From Myxococcota bacterium (GTDB taxonomy: Bacteria; Myxococcota; XYA12-FULL-58-9; JALHOP01), in assembly GCA_041288095.1 (NCBI GenBank), contig JBGGMJ010000211.1, positions 32,001-96,000 on the forward strand: a stretch of 64,000 nucleotides of DNA, read 5' to 3'. The notes beneath the pieces were generated by a model. It was not told the DNA's origin and did not search any database. It was given only the letters and a program-made list of their open reading frames with translations. This document shows, piece by piece, positions 21,969 through 30,081 of the stretch. The position numbers and the translations under genes were made by a program. Position 1 is the stretch's first letter, and the number at the start of each line of letters is the position of its first letter.

Positions 21969-22641
21969 GCGTGCTCCGCTTGCCGAAGAACTCGAGGTGA
22001 TCGAGCAGTTGGCCCGACGAGGTCGTCAGGTTCTTCTCGATGGTGTCCGCGACGCCGGAGAGGCGATTGAACAAGAGCACCGCCGGGATGGCGATGAGCA
22101 AGCCGAGCGCGGTGACGACCAGCGCTTCGGAGATGCCGCCCGCGACCGACGACAGACCGCCCGAGCCGGTGGCCGAGATCTTGGCGAAGGCGGCGATGAT
22201 GCCGACGACGGTACCCAAGAGGCCGACGAACGGGGCTACCGAGCCGACGGATGCGAGCGTCGAAAGGCCGCGGCGCAGATCGTGCCCGGTCTGCTCGTGC
22301 TGGCGAGCCATCTCGCGACGCACCACCTCGACGACGGCCTCATCATTGCGCAGCGAGCGGCTGCTCGACAGGAAGGTGTCGAGGACCGGCCGCAGCATGC
22401 GCGCCAGGTGCGAGCTCTTGTACGCAGCGGTGCGGTCGCGCAAGGCCCCGTAGTCGCCGCGATGAATGAGCTCGGCCGCTTCGCCCGCGAATGCACGCGA
22501 CTGCCGCTTGGAGCGCGCGTAGGCAATCGAGCGCTCGATGAACACGGCGAGGCTCGCCACCCCCATCGCGAGAAGCATGAAGGTGATGCCGCGGGCCATC
22601 CAATCCATCTCATGAAAGATGCGAACGATATCGAAGCTCAT
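21940..22641 (-). CDS. exbB: MotA/TolQ/ExbB proton channel protein
   Basis: APFVGLLGTVVGII and GISEALVVTALGL..AIPA motifs; ATGA overlap with tonB stop. Confidence 0.93.
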   Translation of the reverse strand: MSFDIVRIFHEMDWMARGITFMLLAMGVASLAVFIERSIAYARSKRQSRAFAGEAAELIHRGDYGALRDRTAAYKSSHLARMLRPVLDTFLSSSRSLRNDEAVVEVVRREMARQHEQTGHDLRRGLSTLASVGSVAPFVGLLGTVVGIIAAFAKISATGSGGLSSVAGGISEALVVTALGLLIAIPAVLLFNRLSGVADTIEKNLTTSSGQLLDHLEFFGKRSTHERQASNAA

Positions 22642-23393
22642 CGAGCAACTCCTTGTACGTAAGTGATCGGGAAAATTCGAAAAACGGGAACGGCGACGCC
22701 GTCGACTTTGGCGGGTGTGAAACGCCAGGTGCTGACCGCGGCGAGCGCCTCGCGAGCGAATGGGTGGTCCGCCGTAGCGGTCGTCGTCTGATTGGCGATC
22801 TTGACGGTCACTTTGAGCACTTGCAGATGCGAGACGGTGCCGTCCGCCTCGATCACGCCCTTCAGGATGACTTTGCCTTCCCAACCGTTGGCTTCGGCTT
22901 CGGGCGGCATGCGTGGCGCGACGTTGCCCTCCCTCGCGACCGCGGGCTCGCCGTTCTCGGGGAGGTTGATCGCCTTGGTGCCGGTGCCGCCGACGGTGCC
23001 CGCGGTGCCGACACCCGTGCTGGCGCTCGCCGTGGCCGCGGGTTGTGGCGCCGCCTCGACGGGAGCGTTCGCGGCCACCGGCGGCGACTCTATCGTGGGC
23101 GCCGGGGCCTGCGAGCTCGGCGGTGCCACGTCTGCTTTGGTGAGCGTCGTGATCTTCGGCTCCGGGCGCGGTTCCAGGCGTGGCTTCGGCGGCGGCGCGG
23201 GAGGCGGAGGTGGCGGCGGCGCGTTGAAGGTGACGTCGACCTTTTTGGGCTCGAGCGTCGGCACCGCGGCGCGGCCCGCGAAAAGAAGCGCCGCGGCGAT
23301 CAGCAGGCCGTAAGCGCCAATCGCCGCGCCGGTGGACGTCGCCATCCGCCCACGGCCCTCACGCGCATCCGTCTTTTGAAAGGCCTCGAACAT
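22638..23393 (-). CDS. tonB: Energy transducer TonB
   Basis: N-terminal TM anchor, Pro-rich linker, C-terminal GKVILKGVI..DG.V and WRFTPA motifs. Confidence 0.88.
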   Translation of the reverse strand: MFEAFQKTDAREGRGRMATSTGAAIGAYGLLIAAALLFAGRAAVPTLEPKKVDVTFNAPPPPPPPAPPPKPRLEPRPEPKITTLTKADVAPPSSQAPAPTIESPPVAANAPVEAAPQPAATASASTGVGTAGTVGGTGTKAINLPENGEPAVAREGNVAPRMPPEAEANGWEGKVILKGVIEADGTVSHLQVLKVTVKIANQTTTATADHPFAREALAAVSTWRFTPAKVDGVAVPVFRIFPITYVQGVAR

Positions 23394-23482
23394 TGCATGC
23401 TCGAGTTAGGCCTCGCGCGTGACGCGATGATGACGACAACGGTAAGCCTTGGCGACGGGAGTGTGCCGCGATCGCCCGCTCT

Positions 23483-24508
23483 TTAGTTTTCGAGGAGATG
23501 CAACGCCGTGTCGGCTTCTTTCACCAGCATCTCGAGCTCGTGCAGATCGTCGTACGTTTCGTTCAGGTCGCCGTTGTCACCATAGGCGACCAGGGCGTGG
23601 CCGTGGCCGGGGGCGATCGGCGCCAACAAGAAGGTGGCGGCGGAGCCTAGTCCGAAATAGCGGGCAAGCTCGGCGGCGCGTGGGTCGTTGTTCGACAAGC
23701 CGTGCACCAGGCCCTTGACCTTGGCGTGCGCGGTCACCTCGGGCAAATCCTCGAGCGCCCCGTCTGTCCGCGATGGCGTCACACCGCCATAGGCAACGAC
23801 CTTGAAGTTCGTGCCCAAGCGCTCGAACACCACGACGCGGCCGAAGTAATTCAACAAGGCTTGCGCCACGGCGCGGCCGACGCTGCGCACGGTCTCGGCC
23901 TCGTAGATCTTCTCCACTGCTTCGTAGAGCGTGCACTTCTCGATCGGCGGGAAGGAAGGCGGCGTCGCGAGGGTAACCCGCTTTGGCGGACTGGGCTGCG
24001 CCGGCGCCTGCGCGACACTCAGGGTCGGTGGGCGCGCGCGGCCGGAGAGCGGCGGCGCCGGCACGACGCCACGCAGACTCGGGTAGAGCTTCCCCAGCGT
24101 CTCTTCGATCTCGGTCTCGAGCGCGACGTACGCGCCGATGGCCGCTTTGGCGTGCAAGGCCACCTCATGGAGGTGATTCAAGACACGACCGTCGGCGACC
24201 GCGACGCCCAGCATCTCGCCGTCCCACGAGTAAGGGACGATGCGCAGACGATGGGCGACCTCGGCAGGCACGCGGCGCACCGCCTCCTGCGAAGCACGGA
24301 TCAATAGGCCACGCGGCAACGCCGGCACGGCGAGCTGCTTCGCCAAGATCCCGAGCAAGCGATCGGCTTCGACGTACCCGAGGGTCAAGAGGCAGGTGCC
24401 CAGCAAGCGATTGTTCTGCCGCTGCAGGCGCAAGGCGTCGTAGAGCTGGGGCCGGGTGATCAACCCTTCGCGTACGAGGATGAGGCCCAATGTTTCGTGG
24501 GACGACAC
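23483..24508 (-). CDS. MshEN / T2SSE N-terminal domain protein without ATPase domain
   Basis: LGLILVREGLIT..QL..AL..Q...LLG..L..LGYV MshEN-like motif, followed by T2SSE_N-like region; no Walker motifs. Confidence 0.8.
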   Translation of the reverse strand: MSSHETLGLILVREGLITRPQLYDALRLQRQNNRLLGTCLLTLGYVEADRLLGILAKQLAVPALPRGLLIRASQEAVRRVPAEVAHRLRIVPYSWDGEMLGVAVADGRVLNHLHEVALHAKAAIGAYVALETEIEETLGKLYPSLRGVVPAPPLSGRARPPTLSVAQAPAQPSPPKRVTLATPPSFPPIEKCTLYEAVEKIYEAETVRSVGRAVAQALLNYFGRVVVFERLGTNFKVVAYGGVTPSRTDGALEDLPEVTAHAKVKGLVHGLSNNDPRAAELARYFGLGSAATFLLAPIAPGHGHALVAYGDNGDLNETYDDLHELEMLVKEADTALHLLEN

Positions 24509-24678
24509 GAGCGGTATTGTGGGGCTTTTCTAATTCTCCTGCAAACGTTGACGGTTTGACCCTCATGCGATAGTCCCGCGCGAGTTATTCGTGAGGGCCG
24601 CCACTTGAGGCGGTCCAAAAGTGAAGGGCTCCCGCGCCACAGCGTCCAAATGGGGCCTCTACCGGAGAATCGTGCGCT

Positions 24679-25233
24679 ATGAAGCACCTCAAACTGCCGT
24701 TCCTTGCCTTGGTCGCCACCTCTCTCATCGCCGCGACCGCCGCCGCCAATGACAAGGTCGGCTACGTCGACATGGCCCGCGCCTTCAACGAGCTCGAGGA
24801 CAGCAAGCAGGCCAAAGAGCAGCTGAAGAAGGACTTCGACGTCAAACAGAAGCAGCTCGACGAAGCGCAGAACAAGCTCAAGACGAAGAAGGACGAGTTC
24901 GACGCCAAGTCCTCGATGATGAAGCCCGAGGTCAAGCAGCAGAAGCAGGACGAGCTGCAGAAAGACTTCGCGTCGCTCCAGCAGACGTACATGCAGCTGC
25001 AGCAGGACCTGTCGAAGCGCGAAGGCGCGCTCGTGCAGGACATCACCCGCAAGCTCCGCAAGGTGGTCGAGAAGCTCGGCGACCGCGAGAGCTACAGCAT
25101 GATCCTCGATATCGGTGATGGCGTGCTCTACTACAAGCGCCACCTCGACATCACCGACCAGGTCATTCGCGAGTACAACAAAGAGTACGGTACCAGCACC
25201 GCCAAAGAAGCCAACGCGGCCAACAAGAAGTAG
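24679..25233 (+). CDS. skp: OmpH/Skp periplasmic chaperone
   Basis: Signal peptide, KVGYVD, coiled coil, DITDQVI; directly upstream of lpxD. Confidence 0.93.
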   Translation: MKHLKLPFLALVATSLIAATAAANDKVGYVDMARAFNELEDSKQAKEQLKKDFDVKQKQLDEAQNKLKTKKDEFDAKSSMMKPEVKQQKQDELQKDFASLQQTYMQLQQDLSKREGALVQDITRKLRKVVEKLGDRESYSMILDIGDGVLYYKRHLDITDQVIREYNKEYGTSTAKEANAANKK

Positions 25234-25238
25234 CACCC

Positions 25239-26336
25239 ATGACGACGGTCGGAGCGTTGGCCGGGATGGTCGACGGTGCCGTGATTGGGGACGCTACACG
25301 TGAGATCCGCGGCGTCGCGGATCTGACGAGCGCGGGCCCCAACGACATCACCTTCCTCGCCAACGCGAAATACGCGAGCAAGGTAGCGACGACCCGCGCG
25401 GGCGCCGTCATCGTCATCAAGGCGCTCGAAGCAGCGCCTTGCGCGCAGCTCGTTTGCGCCAATCCGTACCTCGCGATGCAGACCATCGCGCAACACCTGA
25501 ACCCCGCGCCCAAGTACTCCGCTGGAGCGGAGGCCGGCGCTTTCGTCCACCCGGACGCCCGGCTCCACCCCACCGCGGTCGTGCGCGCCGGCGCCGTCGT
25601 CGAAGCCGGCGCCGTGATTGGCGAGCGCACCATCATCGAGCCGCTCGCCTACGTCGGCCGTGACGCCAAGGTTGGCGCCGACTGCTTGTTGCACCCGGGC
25701 GCCAAGGTGATGAATCGCTGCGAGCTCGGTGATCGCGTCATCATTCAGCCAAATGGCGTCGTCGGCTCCGACGGCTTCGGCTACGCGCCCGACGCCGCCG
25801 GCAAGCGCCACAAGATCCCCCAGGTCGGCATCGCCATCCTCGAAGATGACGTCGAGATCGGCGCCAACAGCACCATCGACCGCGCGACGTTCGGCGTCAC
25901 CCGCATCGGCAAGGGCACCAAGATCGACAATCTGGTGCAGATTGGCCACAACGTCGTCACCGGCAGCGACTGCGTCATCGTCAGCCAATCAGGTGTCGCG
26001 GGCAGCACCACGCTCGGCGACCGCGTCGTCATGGGCGCCCAGACCGGCGTTACCGGCCACGTGACGATCGCCTCGGACGTCACCCTCGCCGCGCGCGCCG
26101 CGGCCGCTGGTCGCATCGCCGCCGCTGGTGTTTATGGTGGCATCCCGGCTATCCCGCACCCGAAGTGGGTGAAGAGCATGGCCGTGGTGGCGATGCTTCC
26201 GGAGCTGCGCAAGAGGGTGCGCGAGCTCGAACGCAAGATTCTCGGAAACGGTCCCGCTTCAAATGGCGGGCCAAACGAAAAGTTCTCGAGTGCAGAGGGT
26301 GTCGATGGCGATTCATCCGACAGCAATCGTTCATAA
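25239..26336 (+). CDS. lpxD: UDP-3-O-acyl-glucosamine N-acyltransferase
   Basis: GSDGFGY, KIPQVG, EIGANSTIDR and KIDNLVQIGHN motifs; hexapeptide repeats. Confidence 0.97.
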   Translation: MTTVGALAGMVDGAVIGDATREIRGVADLTSAGPNDITFLANAKYASKVATTRAGAVIVIKALEAAPCAQLVCANPYLAMQTIAQHLNPAPKYSAGAEAGAFVHPDARLHPTAVVRAGAVVEAGAVIGERTIIEPLAYVGRDAKVGADCLLHPGAKVMNRCELGDRVIIQPNGVVGSDGFGYAPDAAGKRHKIPQVGIAILEDDVEIGANSTIDRATFGVTRIGKGTKIDNLVQIGHNVVTGSDCVIVSQSGVAGSTTLGDRVVMGAQTGVTGHVTIASDVTLAARAAAAGRIAAAGVYGGIPAIPHPKWVKSMAVVAMLPELRKRVRELERKILGNGPASNGGPNEKFSSAEGVDGDSSDSNRS

Positions 26337-27117
26337 GGGCGCCGAGATCGATCCGACGGCGGAGATCGGGCCCCTCTGCGTCATCGGCCCGCGCGTCAAG
26401 ATCGGCCGTGAGACCAAGCTCCTGTCGCACGTCTCGGTCGACAACGACACCACCATCGGCGCCAAGAACGTCATTCACCCTTTCGTCGCGCTCGGTGGTC
26501 CACCGCAAGATCTGAAGTTCAAGGGCGAGCCGGCGCGCGTCATCATCGGCGATGACAACGTCATCCGCGAAGGCGTGACCATCAACATGGGTACCGCCGG
26601 TGGTCACATGGAGACGCGGATCGGCAGCCGCTGCCTGCTCATGGCCTACGCCCACGTCGCCCATGACTGCATCATCGGTGACAACGTCATCATGGCCAAC
26701 TCGGCGACCCTCGCCGGTCACGTCACGCTCGAGGACGAGGTCCGCATCAGCGGTCTCGCCGCCATCCACCAGTTCGTCCGCATCGGCCGCGCCGCGTTCC
26801 TGGCCGGTGGCGCCATGGTCGCGCAGGACATCCCGCCGTGGTGTATCGCTCAAGGCGACCGCGCCGAGCTAGCCGGCCTCAACGTCGTCGGCTTGAAGCG
26901 TGGTGGCTGGAGCCGCGAGCGTTTGGGCGCGCTGCGCGAGTGCTTCAAAATGATCTTCTATCCCGAGCGCACACGCGCCGAGGGTATCGATCGCGCCGAA
27001 CAGGAGCTCGCTCCCAAGAGCAAGGACGCGGCGGAGCTCGTCGCGTTCGTCCGTGCCTCCAAGCGCGGTGTGGCCTCGGCTCGACCGCTTGGCGCGAACG
27101 AGCCGGACGAGACGTGA
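26305..27117 (+). CDS. lpxA: Acyl-ACP--UDP-GlcNAc O-acyltransferase
   Basis: IHPTAIV, PQDLKF, IREGVTI, HVAHDC, LAGHV and HQFVRIG motifs. Confidence 0.97.
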   Translation: MAIHPTAIVHKGAEIDPTAEIGPLCVIGPRVKIGRETKLLSHVSVDNDTTIGAKNVIHPFVALGGPPQDLKFKGEPARVIIGDDNVIREGVTINMGTAGGHMETRIGSRCLLMAYAHVAHDCIIGDNVIMANSATLAGHVTLEDEVRISGLAAIHQFVRIGRAAFLAGGAMVAQDIPPWCIAQGDRAELAGLNVVGLKRGGWSRERLGALRECFKMIFYPERTRAEGIDRAEQELAPKSKDAAELVAFVRASKRGVASARPLGANEPDET

Positions 27118-27965
27118 GCAGCGCGCCGAGCGACCGCATCGGACTCATCGCGGGCAACGGCACCTTCCCCATCTTCTTCGCCCGCGCCGCCAAGAAGCGC
27201 GGCTTCACGGTCATCGCCGTCGGCATGAGGGGCGAGACCAAGCCGGAGGTCGCTCGTGAAGTCGACGAGATGACCTGGGTGAAGGTCGGACAGCTCAAGC
27301 CCATGATCGAAGCCTTCGTGAAAGGCGGCTGCACGCAGGCCGCGATGGCGGGCGGTGTGCGCAAGACCCGCTTGTTCGAGCGTGCTCGGCCCGACTTCCT
27401 CGCCATGAAGCTCTTGGCCCGCGCCGCGATCCGCCGCGACGACGGCATGCTGCGCGCCGTAGCGGACGAGTTCGAGAAAGCCGGCGTCACCATCATCGAT
27501 TCGACGGTCTTCATGCCCGAGGCGCTGGCGCCGGAAGGCGTGATGACCAAGAAGAAGCCCGACCCTCGCGAATGGCAGGACTTGCGTTACGGGCTCGTCA
27601 TCGCCCGCGAGATCGGCAAGCTCGACATCGGTCAGACGGTGGTCGTCAAGGACGGCGCCGTCGTCGCGCTCGAGGCCATCGAGGGCACGGACGCATGCAT
27701 CGCCCGCGCCGGCGCGCTCACCAACAAGAAGGGCGCGGTCATCGTCAAAGTAGCCAAGCCCGCGCAAGACATGCGCTTCGATGTCCCCGCAATCGGCCCG
27801 AAGACGCTCGTGTCGATGCGTGACGCGGGCGTGCGCGTGCTCGGCATCGAAGCCGGCCGCACACTCATCCTCGAGCCCGAGCAGTTCGTGAACGAAGCGG
27901 ACGCCGCGGGGCTGGTCATCGTCGGCCTGACGAGCAACGAAATCCTCACGGCGGCGGCATCATGA
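27114..27965 (+). CDS. lpxI: UDP-2,3-diacylglucosamine diphosphatase LpxI
   Basis: GLIAGNGTFP, LDIGQTVVV, EAIEGTD and QDMRFDVPAIG motifs; GTGA overlap with lpxA. Confidence 0.95.
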   Translation: MSSAPSDRIGLIAGNGTFPIFFARAAKKRGFTVIAVGMRGETKPEVAREVDEMTWVKVGQLKPMIEAFVKGGCTQAAMAGGVRKTRLFERARPDFLAMKLLARAAIRRDDGMLRAVADEFEKAGVTIIDSTVFMPEALAPEGVMTKKKPDPREWQDLRYGLVIAREIGKLDIGQTVVVKDGAVVALEAIEGTDACIARAGALTNKKGAVIVKVAKPAQDMRFDVPAIGPKTLVSMRDAGVRVLGIEAGRTLILEPEQFVNEADAAGLVIVGLTSNEILTAAAS

Positions 27966-28909
27966 GCGGCAAAGTGCGTATCGCTGTCGTCGGCGGTGGC
28001 CACCTCGGAACCTATCACTGTCAGAAGATTGTGGCGGATGAGCGGGCGCAGCTCGTCGCGGTCATCGATCCAGTGGACGAGAAACGGCAGAAGCTCGCGA
28101 GCCTCCATCACGTGTCGGCCTTCGCGACTCTCGCCGAGCTTCGCGACCCCGTCGATGCCGTCATCGTCGCGACGCCGACGCGCACGCACTCCGCTATCGC
28201 GCACGAGGCCCTAGAGCGCAATCTGCACGTCCTGGTGGAGAAGCCGATCACGGCAACGACGAGCGAAGCCGTCGCGCTGGTGGAGGCGGCGAAGAAGCGC
28301 GGCCGCGTGTTGCAGGTCGGCCACACCGAGCGCTGGAACCCCGCCGTCACCGCGGCGCTCGCCATGGTGGACAAGCCCGGCTACATCGTCGCCGAGCGCC
28401 TGGCCCCCTTCTCCGGCCGCAGCACCGACGTCGACGTGGTGCTCGACCTGATGATCCATGACCTCGACATCGTCGGCGCGCTGATCTCGGCTAAGCTCGT
28501 CGAAACGCGAAGCGTCGGTGTTCCCATCATCACCAGCGAGATCGATATGGCGGCGGCGCGGCTGCAGTTCGAGGACGGCACCGTGGCGCAGATCTCCGCG
28601 GGCCGCGCGAGCCTCGAGCCGGTACGCAAGATCCGCCTGTTCACCAAGGAACGCTACGTGTCGATCGACTGCGCGGCGCGCGAGGTGAAGTCGGTGCGGC
28701 GCCTACCACCCGAGCCCGGCAGCACGTGGCCCCAGATCTCCGGTGAGCCCGTCGAGGTACCGCCGGGCGACGCCTTGCAGCTCCAGGACCGCGACTTCAT
28801 TCGTTGCATCCTCGAAAACGGACGGCCGCGTGTCGATGGGCCCGCGGGGCTGCGCGCGCTCGAGCTCGCCGAAGCGGTCAAGCAAGCACTGACCGCCCCC
28901 CTCGCCTGA
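27962..28909 (+). CDS. Gfo/Idh/MocA oxidoreductase, GnnA-like
   Basis: GGGHLG, VEKP, VGHTERWNP and DVVLDLMIHD motifs; located in the lpx operon. Confidence 0.85.
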   Translation: MSGKVRIAVVGGGHLGTYHCQKIVADERAQLVAVIDPVDEKRQKLASLHHVSAFATLAELRDPVDAVIVATPTRTHSAIAHEALERNLHVLVEKPITATTSEAVALVEAAKKRGRVLQVGHTERWNPAVTAALAMVDKPGYIVAERLAPFSGRSTDVDVVLDLMIHDLDIVGALISAKLVETRSVGVPIITSEIDMAAARLQFEDGTVAQISAGRASLEPVRKIRLFTKERYVSIDCAAREVKSVRRLPPEPGSTWPQISGEPVEVPPGDALQLQDRDFIRCILENGRPRVDGPAGLRALELAEAVKQALTAPLA

Positions 28910-29042
28910 GCGCCAAGCCGGCGAAAAATGGGTGGGACATTTTTCCCATCGTCATGGGTGCCGCGGTCCACGGTGCCGAGAACGAACGCCTGCCCGCTGG
29001 TCTCCCGGCGGGCGGCAAAACACTCAACCAGGACAGAAACCA

Positions 29043-29300
29043 ATGTCGATGTCTGGCACCATCATGCGCCGCCGTTTGGAAATGCTTCGCGACTTCAACA
29101 GCCCGAATCCCTACGCGCGCCACGCCGCCAGGGCCGAGTGGAGGGGCGCCGCGCAAGAGAAGGCACTCCTCATGGGTATGATGGCGAACCCGATGATGTG
29201 GAACCCGATGGGCATGGCGATGATCGGCGGCTATGCCACCAGCAAGTTCGTGAGTAACTACGCACGCCTCTCGCGCGGCGGCGGCCGTTACTACTACTAG
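29043..29300 (+). CDS. Small Met-rich hypothetical protein (85 aa)
   Basis: ORF with GC3-biased codons, GGA upstream, stop overlapping the convergent Crp gene stop (CTAG). Confidence 0.6.
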   Translation: MSMSGTIMRRRLEMLRDFNSPNPYARHAARAEWRGAAQEKALLMGMMANPMMWNPMGMAMIGGYATSKFVSNYARLSRGGGRYYY

Positions 29301-30064
29301 CTATCGTCGCGGCCGAGTTGTCCGCTCCAGCGGCTGAACACGGCGCCTTGCTCGCCGCTGGTCGTCGAGAAACCGAGCAGATGCGGGGGCAAGATCCCTT
29401 CCATCTCGCGCAACCGCTTGAGCGTCCACCGCTCGCCTTCACGCACCAGCCACCCCTGCGCTTCGATCGACTTGAGCGCGCGGGTGATGGTGCGGCGGTT
29501 GACACCGAGGTGCGCCGCCAGCGCGACCGGGCCTATGGGCTCCGAGAGGATCATCGCGTCGTCGCCGCGCTGACCGACGCGTTCGCCGTGATCGAGCAGC
29601 AGGCGTAGGAGTCGCGTCTCGACGTCATAGATCGCCATCACCTGCGCGGTGTGGTTGGCGAGCAGGTGTCGCACGCAGGCGTCCCGGTAGAGCCGGTAGG
29701 CGACCGCCGGTTCCTGGGCCAGCTTCGCGAAGGCCGCGTTTTCGATGCAGACGACCGTCGCATCGACCTCGGCCCGAACGCTCACCATCCAGGGCACCCC
29801 GGCCGCCCATTCCGCGTCCCCGAAGAGGGCTGGCCCGCTCAGGATCCCGAGCGCCATGGTCACGTCTTCCCTGTGATTTCGCCGGTATAAGACGACGGCG
29901 CCGCTCGCCAGGTAGAAAACGTCACGTTGGGGCGATCCCGCCCGCACCAAGATGTCGCCGGCGCCGAGAATACGGACGTTGCAACGCATAGCGACACGGC
30001 GGAGCTCCGCGTCGTCGACCTCGGCGAACAAGGGGGCACGCCGCAGTAGAGCATAGGCTTCCAC
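29297..30064 (-). CDS. Crp/Fnr family transcriptional regulator
   Basis: cNMP-binding fold (PLFAE, SGAV, LFGD) and C-terminal HTH LAAHLGVNRRTITRALK. Confidence 0.85.
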   Translation of the reverse strand: MEAYALLRRAPLFAEVDDAELRRVAMRCNVRILGAGDILVRAGSPQRDVFYLASGAVVLYRRNHREDVTMALGILSGPALFGDAEWAAGVPWMVSVRAEVDATVVCIENAAFAKLAQEPAVAYRLYRDACVRHLLANHTAQVMAIYDVETRLLRLLLDHGERVGQRGDDAMILSEPIGPVALAAHLGVNRRTITRALKSIEAQGWLVREGERWTLKRLREMEGILPPHLLGFSTTSGEQGAVFSRWSGQLGRDDS

Positions 30065-30081
30065 GCGGCTGTCTTAACATC

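Noticed and set aside
30051..30081. Possible shared promoter motif before the SAHH-like gene (GCATA-N15-GTCTTAAC)
   Set aside because: The -10 box is too degenerate and too close to the start codon; not counted.
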